Below, piece after piece: positions 25,861-34,374 of a stretch of DNA of 64,000 nucleotides. Under the pieces are notes generated by a model. That model was given only the letters and a program-made list of their open reading frames with translations. It did no database searches and was not told the DNA's origin. The stretch's first letter is position 1. Every line of letters starts with the position of its first letter. Both the position numbers and the translations under genes were made by a program. The stretch covers positions 256,001-320,000 of the forward strand of contig CAVSNY010000007.1 of assembly GCA_963729605.1 (NCBI GenBank), written 5' to 3'. Origin of the DNA: an uncultured Gammaproteobacteria bacterium. Its GTDB lineage: Bacteria > Pseudomonadota > Gammaproteobacteria > DRLM01.

Positions 25861-26925
25861 ATGAATAAAATATATCGCCGGCAATGGCGACCGTCGGTGG
25901 TACGCCACGGCTTGGGCTTGATCGTGATATTGATCTTTTCGTCCCCGGGCATGGCCGCCGTTGCCGCGGCGCCAAAAGATCATGTCCACCAACAAAACGC
26001 CTGCGGACGCTGCCATACCAACGACGTCACCGCGGCGATGGTATTGAATGCGCCGGAGCAGAGTTGTCTGCGTTGTCACACGCAAGCCGCCCCGCGTAAC
26101 GGCATGCTCAAGGCCAGCGCCGTCGCCTCCGCCGAGCCGGAGTTGTCGCAACTCTTGCCGAAGCAACCCATCGCCGCGAGCGACGGCATGCGCTTTCCGC
26201 ACTATGACGCGCAATCGCGGCTGGGCGGGGAACCCAATCCCATGGCGGCGGTTCCCGCCGGCCGTTTCATCCGCGGCACCAATGAACGCCTGCCCGATGA
26301 AGGTCCGCAACACGCCATGCATGTGGCGGCCTTCAAGATCGATATATACGAAGTGACCAACCGGCAATACAAGGCGTTCATCGACGCCACCGGCCGCCGC
26401 TCGCCGGATCACTTCCGCAATCGCACCTTTCCCGCCGGCAAGGCCGACCATCCGGTGACCTTCGTCACTTGGAACGACGCGGCGGACTATTGCGCGTGGG
26501 CGGGCAAACGCCTGCCCAGCGACGTGGAATGGGAGAAGGCGGCGCGCGGCACCGACGGCCGTTCCTTTCCGTGGGGCAATGAATTCGATGTGCGCAAGGC
26601 CAACACCCCGGTGCGCTGGCTGGCGTTGAAACAAACGGGCGACACCACGCCGGTGGGGGCCTTTCAGGCCGGCGTCAGCCCCTATGGAATGTATGACATG
26701 ACCGGCAACGTGTGGGAGTGGACCGCGTCGTGGTATCAGCCTTATCCGGGCAACCAGACTGCGTCCGAGGCCTACGGCGAACGGTATAAAACCTTGAAGG
26801 GGGGTTCTTGGTTCGATTGTTCTTTTTATAAATGCGGTTTGTCGGCGCCGGTCTACAACCGGGCCTTCTTCGCCCGCAAAACCAAAAACGATACGATCGG
26901 CTTCCGTTGCGCGAAAGATCATTGA
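25861..26925 (+). CDS. Secreted di-haem cytochrome c fused to an FGE-sulfatase (SUMF1-like) domain
   Basis: Signal peptide, CGRCH and CLRCH, then EVTN..Y, RLPSDVEWEKAARG, YDMTGNVWEW, GFRCA. Confidence 0.88.
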   Translation: MNKIYRRQWRPSVVRHGLGLIVILIFSSPGMAAVAAAPKDHVHQQNACGRCHTNDVTAAMVLNAPEQSCLRCHTQAAPRNGMLKASAVASAEPELSQLLPKQPIAASDGMRFPHYDAQSRLGGEPNPMAAVPAGRFIRGTNERLPDEGPQHAMHVAAFKIDIYEVTNRQYKAFIDATGRRSPDHFRNRTFPAGKADHPVTFVTWNDAADYCAWAGKRLPSDVEWEKAARGTDGRSFPWGNEFDVRKANTPVRWLALKQTGDTTPVGAFQAGVSPYGMYDMTGNVWEWTASWYQPYPGNQTASEAYGERYKTLKGGSWFDCSFYKCGLSAPVYNRAFFARKTKNDTIGFRCAKDH

Positions 26926-27137
26926 GCCTCGCGGATGCAATCACGGGATCACGGAGGGCACGGGGAGTCGATGTTTGCGCGCCCGTCGGGCGACTTCGAT
27001 CAAGGCGCGAAGCGCCGATTTTTTTCGTGAGTCTCACGTCCCCGGTGATCAACCGTTTTTTACAGCTTGAACGCGACGACCGAATCGCAGCGGAATCCAC
27101 GGCGTATTTTAATAGCTCAGCACTCTAAGGATAAGGC

Positions 27138-28187
27138 ATGAATTGGAAGATGAAGTCTCCGCTGGTGTTATTGATGTTGGCGATGAGCGCGACGGGATGC
27201 AGCCAGCGCAGCGAGGAGATTACCGACCCCGAGGCCGTGACGCTCACGCCGGCCGCCGTTAAACCCGCGCCTGTCAGCGTGGCGGTGGCCAAGGCCGTGG
27301 CCGCCTCGCCGGGCAATCACAGCGACATGCCGATGGTGACCGTGCCGGCGGGGGAATTCATCCGCGGCAGCCGGAAAACCGATGACGAGGGCATCCAGGA
27401 ACAATACGGCATGGCGGCGCCGATTTATCTCGACGAGCACCCGCAACACAAACTGTTTTTGCCCGCCTTCAAAATCGACGTTTACGAAGTGAGCAATAAA
27501 CAGTTCAAGGAATTCATCATCACCACCGATCGCGCCCTGCCCTACGAATGGGGACAGAACGGTTATGGCCTGACCATGAAGGAAGCCAGCACCATGGATA
27601 TTGAACGCCTGCGCGAGATCGGCGCCGACGATTTCAAGCTGGACATGGATACCACCACGATGTCGCGCGAAGAGCTGATGGCGGTGATGGAGAAGGAACA
27701 ACTCAAACGCGATCCGTTTCCGGTGACGGGCATCTCATGGCATTACGCCGACGTCTATTGCCGCTGGCGCGGCAAGCGCCTGCCGAGCGAGGCCGAGTGG
27801 GAAAAGGCCGCGCGCGGCCCCGACGGTTTCGAGTTCCCCTGGGGCAACGACTGGAACGCGGCGATCGCCAACACCGGCGATCAGGATGACAGCGAATGGG
27901 AAGAGGGCATCGCGCCGGTGGGTTCCTATCCGAACAACAAGTCGTATTACGGCGTGTATGACCTGGCCGGCAACGTCTGGGAATGGACCGCCGACTGGTA
28001 TCAGCCTTACCCGAAATCCACCTACCGCAGCGACAACTTCGGCGAGAAGGTCAAGGTGATCCGCGGCGGCGGAGGCGGCATCGGCCATTACGCGCTGAGT
28101 TATTTTTTCCGCGGCGCCACCCGCCAATTCGCCGAGCCGGACATGGCCGGCGAGGACGTGGGTTTCCGCTGCGCGGCGGACGTTTGA
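27138..28187 (+). CDS. FGE-sulfatase (SUMF1-like) domain lipoprotein
   Basis: Lipobox-like ATGC, RLPSEAEWEKAARG, DLAGNVWEW, GFRCA. Confidence 0.88.
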   Translation: MNWKMKSPLVLLMLAMSATGCSQRSEEITDPEAVTLTPAAVKPAPVSVAVAKAVAASPGNHSDMPMVTVPAGEFIRGSRKTDDEGIQEQYGMAAPIYLDEHPQHKLFLPAFKIDVYEVSNKQFKEFIITTDRALPYEWGQNGYGLTMKEASTMDIERLREIGADDFKLDMDTTTMSREELMAVMEKEQLKRDPFPVTGISWHYADVYCRWRGKRLPSEAEWEKAARGPDGFEFPWGNDWNAAIANTGDQDDSEWEEGIAPVGSYPNNKSYYGVYDLAGNVWEWTADWYQPYPKSTYRSDNFGEKVKVIRGGGGGIGHYALSYFFRGATRQFAEPDMAGEDVGFRCAADV

Positions 28188-28204
28188 ATATTCGCGGTGA
28201 TTAA

Positions 28205-28243
28205 CCCCTCTCCCCCTGCGGGAGAGGGGAAGGGGAGAGGGGG
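28205..28243. repeat. CCCTCTCCC-N-GGGAGAGGG palindromic repeat
   Basis: CCCCTCTCCCCCTGCGGGAGAGGGGAAGGGGAGAGGGGG; same family recurs at about 37794-37918 and 38117-38141. Confidence 0.6.
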
Positions 28244-28344
28244 CGCTGCGCTGCGCGCTCCTCGTCGGGAGAGAGGCAATGCCGAAAAGGACGTGTATTC
28301 CGATCAGACCTGTTTTGATGCCGGGTTAATACTTTCCGCCGACG

Positions 28345-29049
28345 ATGAATTTTTCCGAACCCTTGATCCCCGCCGTCTTGCTGCGCCGCTATAAGCGTTT
28401 TCTCGCCGACGTGCGTCTGGCCGACGGCAGCGTATTGACCGTGCACACCGCCAACACCGGCGCCATGCTGGGCTGCGCCGAACCGGGCAGCCGGGTGTGG
28501 CTGAGCCGCGCCGTCAATCTCAAACGCAAATATGCCTATTCATGGGAGATCAGCGAAACGGCGGCGGGGACGCGGGTGGGCGTCAATACCGCCTTGCCCA
28601 ATTTATTAGTGCGTGAAGCGATCGAGAACGGGGTGATCGAAGAACTGCGATCTTATCGCACCGTTCGCGGCGAGGTGGTCTGCGGCGCGGAGCGCAGCCG
28701 GATCGATTTGCTGCTGGAAGAAACCGGACGGGCGCCCTGTTACGTGGAAGTGAAAAACGTCACCGCCGCGGTGGCGGACATGGCGATTTTTCCCGACGCG
28801 GTGAGCGCGCGGGGCGCGAAACACGTGCGCGAGCTGGCCCACTTGGTGGCGCAGGGCGCGCGCGGGGTGTTGTGTTTCTGCGTGCAGCGCGGCGATGTGA
28901 CGGCGGTGCGGCCCGCCGACGAGATCGATCCGCTGTACGGCGCCACGCTGCGCGCCGCCGTGGCGCGCGGGGTGGAGGTGATCGCCTACCGGGCGCAGGT
29001 CACGCCGGAATTCATCGAATTGCGCACGCCGTTGCCGGTGGTGTTGTGA
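28345..29049 (+). CDS. sfsA: DNA/RNA nuclease SfsA
   Basis: RRYKRFLADV, HTANTGAM, SRIDLLL, YVEVKNVT, FPDAVSARG.KH. Confidence 0.95.
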   Translation: MNFSEPLIPAVLLRRYKRFLADVRLADGSVLTVHTANTGAMLGCAEPGSRVWLSRAVNLKRKYAYSWEISETAAGTRVGVNTALPNLLVREAIENGVIEELRSYRTVRGEVVCGAERSRIDLLLEETGRAPCYVEVKNVTAAVADMAIFPDAVSARGAKHVRELAHLVAQGARGVLCFCVQRGDVTAVRPADEIDPLYGATLRAAVARGVEVIAYRAQVTPEFIELRTPLPVVL

Positions 29050-29065
29050 AGCGGCGGGCCGCCGC

Positions 29066-29440
29066 TCAATAGCTGCGGTACGCCGCGTGGCCGGACGACA
29101 CCAATAAATCATTGATGTTCTCCCATTCGCCGGCCTCGTTGGGCAGCCAGATCTCCGCCAGATAACGGCCGTATTTTTCGCGGCGGTCTTTGACCGTTTC
29201 GATGATGACGGCCTTGCCTTCGATCTTTTCGCGGAGAAAGGCCAGCGAGGCCAGGCCCCGTTCCCGGCTGGGACCGCGCAGTTCGGGGCTGTCGATCCGA
29301 TTGAATCTCACCTTCTCCTCGTGCCGCCAGGTGGACAGACCGAGGTCGATGTCCATGGTGCAGGTGTCGCCGTCGTAGATCGAGCGCACGATGGCGGAAT
29401 AATAATAACGCTTGTCTTCCATGCTTTGTTTAATGGACAT
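29066..29440 (-). CDS. Thermonuclease (SNase-like) protein
   Basis: YDGDT, IDSPE, EKYGRYLAEI, IND.LV..GHA. Confidence 0.88.
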   Translation of the reverse strand: MSIKQSMEDKRYYYSAIVRSIYDGDTCTMDIDLGLSTWRHEEKVRFNRIDSPELRGPSRERGLASLAFLREKIEGKAVIIETVKDRREKYGRYLAEIWLPNEAGEWENINDLLVSSGHAAYRSY

Positions 29441-29468
29441 CGACGTTCCTTTAATTGAGGCCGCTGCG

Positions 29469-30164
29469 TCAAAATTGCCGTTGAAAGTATAACTCGACGC
29501 CCTGTTCGAGATGATCGTGGAGCAGCGCGCCGACCTGACCGCCGCCCACGTTGAATTCCATACCGTAGCGGCCGCCGAGTTGCGGGCCGGCTTGGCGTTT
29601 CAATTTAAAATTCACCGGCCCTTCCGCCGTCTCTCTGCTGGAAAGGTGGCTATAGACGGCGCCCGCCAGCAGGCTGACTTGAGAACCGATGCGCCACTGC
29701 GCGTCGCCTTCCAGCTGCGCCTGTTCCCATTCGACCCGCAGCGCTTGCCCGCCTTCATCGTCATCGACCCGCTGATAGAGATAACTGCCAGTCAGGCTGA
29801 CGGCGAACCGCGGCGAATTCCAGAGCAGGCCGCGCAGGCTGGGGGCGGCGTAAAAGCCTTGAGGTTCCATGCCGATCAACGCGGGCAGGGCGGGCTCGGC
29901 GAGGCGGGCGTAGCCGAGGCGCAAGCCGGGTTGCAGTCGGCTGTCGCTGTTTTCGAAAAACCGGACCCCGGCGCGTTGTACCGTCACGCTGCCGGTGGCC
30001 TGCCGGTCGTGTAATTCCGTGTCGAAGCGCTGGAGCTGGGCGGCGAACTGAAACGGGATGGGATAGACGTCGGCACTTGCCGCCGGCAGGCAGAGGAATC
30101 CCAAGCCGGCCGCCATGGATTTTACGGCGCGGCCGCGGTGTTTTGCCTGGGTGGATGCCGCCAT
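29469..30164 (-). CDS. Hypothetical secreted protein, probable small outer-membrane beta-barrel
   Basis: Signal peptide (..LPAASA-D), alternating amphipathic strands, C-terminal VELYFQRQF. Confidence 0.6.
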   Translation of the reverse strand: MAASTQAKHRGRAVKSMAAGLGFLCLPAASADVYPIPFQFAAQLQRFDTELHDRQATGSVTVQRAGVRFFENSDSRLQPGLRLGYARLAEPALPALIGMEPQGFYAAPSLRGLLWNSPRFAVSLTGSYLYQRVDDDEGGQALRVEWEQAQLEGDAQWRIGSQVSLLAGAVYSHLSSRETAEGPVNFKLKRQAGPQLGGRYGMEFNVGGGQVGALLHDHLEQGVELYFQRQF

Positions 30165-30418
30165 GGGGTCTTTCAGTAGGAACGGTCGATCACCGCGCCG
30201 GGCATTTTAACCCGATCGGGTCCGCTCGACATGGCCGCCGTTTTATCCAGCGCGCTGAAATCCCGCGCCGGATTTGACCCCTTTGGATCAAGCTCTTGTT
30301 TTATATTGGGCGATACCGACGGGTAGCGGCCACACTATTAAAGGAAAAGGCGGCCGGGGCCGACAATCTGCAAGAACGACACGGAGCGCGGGTCAGATCG
30401 GTCGCGGGAACACGCCTA

Positions 30419-32131
30419 ATGAAAGATGCTCACAAGTCCGGTTTTTTCAAGTCCTTGTTTGGTGGGGGGCGCCGCGTCGCGCCGGCGCGGGCGGATTTGC
30501 CTTTATACATTCCGGTCGCGCCCAAGCCGGCCAAGGTGCCGCCCCTCGATTTCGGCGCGCTGGTCGACGAATTGCTGCGCCACGATTACGCCCCCGTCAG
30601 CTTGTTCACGGAAATGGTGCGGCTGTTGGAAAAGAGCAATCCCCAGCCCCTCGCCGGCGAACAGCGCGCGCATTGCACCCATATGCTGGTCGAGGAACTG
30701 AACCGGGGCCTCAGCGCCTTATTCAAACGTTTCGTCAATGAAGGCAGCGGCGTGCCCGAGAGCCGGGAACAACGGGAAGGGATGTCGCACGCGGTGCGGG
30801 CGGTCGAACAGCTCGCCATCAGTTACAAGCTGGCGTTCCGGCAGGAATACAGTATTTTGAGCGACGACCCGGTCCAGTACGAACGCCTGACGATCGTGGT
30901 GTTGCGGATCATGGAGCTAATCCGCCTCGAGCAATTGCTGCGGGCGTTCCGCTATCAAAAGTTACCGCAACATGCCTGGCGCGACAGCAACCAGCTGTTC
31001 TTCGCCGCCGCCGAATTCGGCGACGTGCGGGCCGCCCACTCTTTAAAGATCCGTATTTTCGAGAATGAAACCGCGCCGCAACGCGGTCTGTTTCCCGACA
31101 GCGCCACGCTGGAGCAAGTGTATTTGTCGATCCAGATCACCGGACTGTTGGACGTGATCAGCTGGCCTACCCACTTGATGTACATCGTCGATCGCTACTT
31201 GGCTGAGCTCGATCCGCGCTTAACCGCCGTGCCCGACGAAGAGGCGACGTTGCCGCCCGGCCATGTCGTCATTTATCAAAACCAGGGCGTGCCGCCCCGC
31301 TTCAGCCGCAGTCACGACCAACTGGGCGATACCCTGCTGGTGGACATGCGGCCGTTGGTAAGGCGGGCGGCGACCGACAGGGTGGCCTTGAATGCGCCGG
31401 AGGGCGCATCGGCGCTGAGCGGCCCACTCAGCGAGCTGGACCCCCACGACCGCATTCCCATACTCGATCTGCTTCTGCAAAAGGTCCGGCCGCAAAAACG
31501 CGGCGAAACGCGCCAAACGGTGTTCGAGGCGCGCGATGCCCGGGTTTACGGCGGATTCAACGACATCTACCGTTTTCTGCGCAGCGCGGTGCCCGGCAAT
31601 GGCGCGGAGGCGCAGGAGGAGCGGCGTTTTTGGGATAGCCTGGCCATGCACTCGAAGGTAGTCGCCGGCGACGGCGACGAGATCGAGCCGCGCTGGATAG
31701 TCGCCAATGAAAGCGAGGGCGGCGTGCAGTTGCGTATCCAGGAAAGCCAATACGCCATGCTGCTGCAAGTGGGGCGTCTGGTGGCCTACATCTATTCCGG
31801 CGAAGACGCGGCCGCGGCCAAGCTGGGTTACATCGTGCGTCTGCAGCGGGTGGGCGAGCGCGAAGTGGAAGTGGGCATCGCCCGCATCCGTCAAACCGCG
31901 ACGGCGGTGGTGGTGGAAGATCTCGACGCCGAAGATCAGCGCACCTTGCCGGCGGTGATGATCCGCGACACCAACGGCAAACTGCAATTGCTGTGCGACA
32001 ACAAATACGGTTTCATGACCGGCGACCGCCTCGCCGTGCATGCCAACGGCCATCCTTATACCGGTGCCCTGGGCGAGGCCAGTTTAATTAAACCCGACTT
32101 CACCGTGTTCGAATTGCATACCGCCGAATAA
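30419..32131 (+). CDS. FimW-like helical protein with C-terminal PilZ-type c-di-GMP motifs
   Basis: RGETR (RxxxR) and W.VANESEGG (NxSxxG) motifs; start placed at MKDAHKSGFF. Confidence 0.7.
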   Translation: MKDAHKSGFFKSLFGGGRRVAPARADLPLYIPVAPKPAKVPPLDFGALVDELLRHDYAPVSLFTEMVRLLEKSNPQPLAGEQRAHCTHMLVEELNRGLSALFKRFVNEGSGVPESREQREGMSHAVRAVEQLAISYKLAFRQEYSILSDDPVQYERLTIVVLRIMELIRLEQLLRAFRYQKLPQHAWRDSNQLFFAAAEFGDVRAAHSLKIRIFENETAPQRGLFPDSATLEQVYLSIQITGLLDVISWPTHLMYIVDRYLAELDPRLTAVPDEEATLPPGHVVIYQNQGVPPRFSRSHDQLGDTLLVDMRPLVRRAATDRVALNAPEGASALSGPLSELDPHDRIPILDLLLQKVRPQKRGETRQTVFEARDARVYGGFNDIYRFLRSAVPGNGAEAQEERRFWDSLAMHSKVVAGDGDEIEPRWIVANESEGGVQLRIQESQYAMLLQVGRLVAYIYSGEDAAAAKLGYIVRLQRVGEREVEVGIARIRQTATAVVVEDLDAEDQRTLPAVMIRDTNGKLQLLCDNKYGFMTGDRLAVHANGHPYTGALGEASLIKPDFTVFELHTAE

Positions 32132-32460
32132 CATGGCCGCCTTGGCCGGCGCGAACGGGTTGGGAAAATTCGAGATTCGTCACGGGAAATTTTCGCTGGT
32201 TCACCACGGCCGCCGCCGTTGACGATATTGAATACCTGGCGACGACCCAGTCCGGACCGATCCTGTTCCCCGGCAAAATTTATTTGCGGTAAGCGCGCCG
32301 CTTATCTAAGCTTTTCCGCCGGCTCAGGGATTGTATACCACCCTCTTTCAGACCCGGCCTTGAGCGCGGAAACCATTTTCGCGATCACCGGTCAGGCTTA
32401 AGGTGTATTGTGTCGGAAGGCGGCCGGGCGTTCCCGGTGTACGGATCAATGGAGAGTCGG

Positions 32461-33747
32461 GTGCGCACCTTGAGCTGGTTTTTCATATTGTGGATGGGAT
32501 GGGCGACCGGCGCCGCCGCGGCCCCGCTGACCTTGATTTATTCCGGCAATCTCAACGGCGAGTTGGAACCTTGCGGGTGCAGCGTGGAAGGCAATCTCGG
32601 CGGCCTGCTGCGGCGCGCTACCGTCATTGACCGGCTGCGCGCCGAGAATCCCGATCTGTTTCTGGTGTCCGGCGGCGGACTGATGAGCGGCTTCGCCGCC
32701 AACGGCCGTCTCACCAACGAATACATCCTCAAAGGTTTCGCCGCGCTCGGTTATGACGCGCTGGGCGTGCAGTGGAGCGACCTCACCTACGGCGCCGACT
32801 TGCCGGCGCTGAATCCCTTGCCGTGGGTGGCGAGCAATTGGCGGGGCGAGCAGTTTCCCAGGCAGCGCACCGTCACGCGCGGCGGACAAGATTTAAGTTT
32901 CTTCACCTGGCTGGATACCGCCAACTCGCCGGACCAGGCGATGTTGGGCGATCATGCGCAAGCCAGCGCTGATACCCGTGATCTGGCCGCCGGCCTGGCA
33001 CGGGCCCGCCGCGCGGGCGCGCTCACCGTGCTCTCCACCACCCTCGATTTGGCGGCGGCCGAGCGGCAATTGCCGCTGGAACATGTCGACGTGCTGCTGA
33101 TCCGCGCCAACTACGAAACCTATGGCGAACCGCAACGGCGCGGCCGCACCCTGGTTCTACAAGCGGGCTCGCGGGGCATGCGCCTCGGACGCGTCGACTT
33201 GCAGCGCGATGCCGACGGTGTGATTACGGAATGGCGGCACACGGTGATCCCCATGCCGCCCAGCGTGCCCGATGCCCCGCGGCTGGCGGCCTGGTACGCT
33301 GAATACAACGCCAAGATAAAAGAGGCTTATGCGCGGGCCGTGGCCTTGCGCAAGGCCCAAGAGCAGGGCCAGACCCCCTACGCCGGCGAAAGCGAATGCA
33401 AGACCTGTCACCGCGCGGCTTACGACACATGGAACGCGTCGCGCCACGCCCAGGCCTTCCTGACTCTCGAAGAGGTGAACAAATCCTTCGATCCCTATTG
33501 CATCGAGTGCCACACCGTGGGCTTCAAGGAGGCCGGCGGATTCATCGACATAGATGTCACCGCGCAGTTGAGCAACGTGCAGTGCGAGTCCTGCCATGGC
33601 GCGGCCCGCGACCACGTCGCCTCCGCCGGCGTCAAGCCGGTGGGCAAGGCCGGCCTGTCCGGCCCGCAGATGTGCGCGCAATGCCACACCCAGCCCCACA
33701 GCCCGTCCTTCGATTTCAGTAAATACTGGCCGCGCATCGCTCACTAA
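32461..33747 (+). CDS. UshA-like (CGC motif) domain fused to a tetrahaem c554-type cytochrome
   Basis: Signal peptide, GELEPCGC..GGL.RR, four haem motifs CKTCH, CIECH, CESCH, CAQCH; start uncertain (32449 or 32461). Confidence 0.85.
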   Translation: MRTLSWFFILWMGWATGAAAAPLTLIYSGNLNGELEPCGCSVEGNLGGLLRRATVIDRLRAENPDLFLVSGGGLMSGFAANGRLTNEYILKGFAALGYDALGVQWSDLTYGADLPALNPLPWVASNWRGEQFPRQRTVTRGGQDLSFFTWLDTANSPDQAMLGDHAQASADTRDLAAGLARARRAGALTVLSTTLDLAAAERQLPLEHVDVLLIRANYETYGEPQRRGRTLVLQAGSRGMRLGRVDLQRDADGVITEWRHTVIPMPPSVPDAPRLAAWYAEYNAKIKEAYARAVALRKAQEQGQTPYAGESECKTCHRAAYDTWNASRHAQAFLTLEEVNKSFDPYCIECHTVGFKEAGGFIDIDVTAQLSNVQCESCHGAARDHVASAGVKPVGKAGLSGPQMCAQCHTQPHSPSFDFSKYWPRIAH

Positions 33748-33885
33748 AGACCGAGCCGCGGGTGTTGGGAAGGATCGCCCTAGAGCCTATCTCAAAATTG
33801 GGATATAGACTTCAAGCAGGTTAAGCGTTTGCGCTCCATATCAGTATTTCTCGGGAAATAATCAAGGCAAGATGAAAAACCGTTG

Positions 33886-34370
33886 CATCACTCCCCTCCT
33901 CTTTGAGGAGGGGTGGCGCGTTAGCGCCGGGGTGGTGAGGCCGTGAATTCAAAAAGTGCGGTGAACAATTGACTGTTCCACGGTGCATCAACCACCCCGC
34001 CCCTGCGGGGCACCCCTCCTTGTACAAGGAGGGGAGATTCTGTTCCTGAATTTGCAGCCCCTAAATTTACGAAGCGCCGCATTCACTCTCCTAGCGCAGC
34101 GGTTCGTAATTCACTCTCCTAGCGCAGCGCTTCGCAACGGATGGAATATTCGCTCTGCGATGTAAAGATCACACTTTCATCACTCCCCTCCTCTTTGAGG
34201 AGGGGTGGCGCGTTAGCGCCGGGGTGGTGAGGCCGTGAATTCAACAAGTGCGGTGAACAAATGACTGTTGCATGGTGCATCAACCACCCCGCCCCTGCGG
34301 GGCACCCCTCCTTGTACAAGGAGGGGAGATTCCTGTTCCTGACTTTGCAGTCTCTGAATTTACGAAGCGC
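33886..34370. repeat. Tandem duplication of an about 190-bp palindromic element
   Basis: 33886-34077 and 34178-34370 are nearly identical; ATTCACTCTCCTAGCGCAGC occurs twice in the spacer. Confidence 0.9.
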
Positions 34371-34374
34371 TACT

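Noticed and set aside
28345-29440. sfsA plus thermonuclease as a defence pair or prophage remnant
   Set aside because: Genes are convergent, both occur commonly alone, and no other phage or defence genes are nearby.
32570-32585. Selenocysteine in the UshA-like CxU motif
   Set aside because: Both codons are TGC (Cys); no in-frame TGA.
33886-34370. Possible CRISPR array
   Set aside because: Only two long units with the same internal sequence, no unique spacers and no cas genes.
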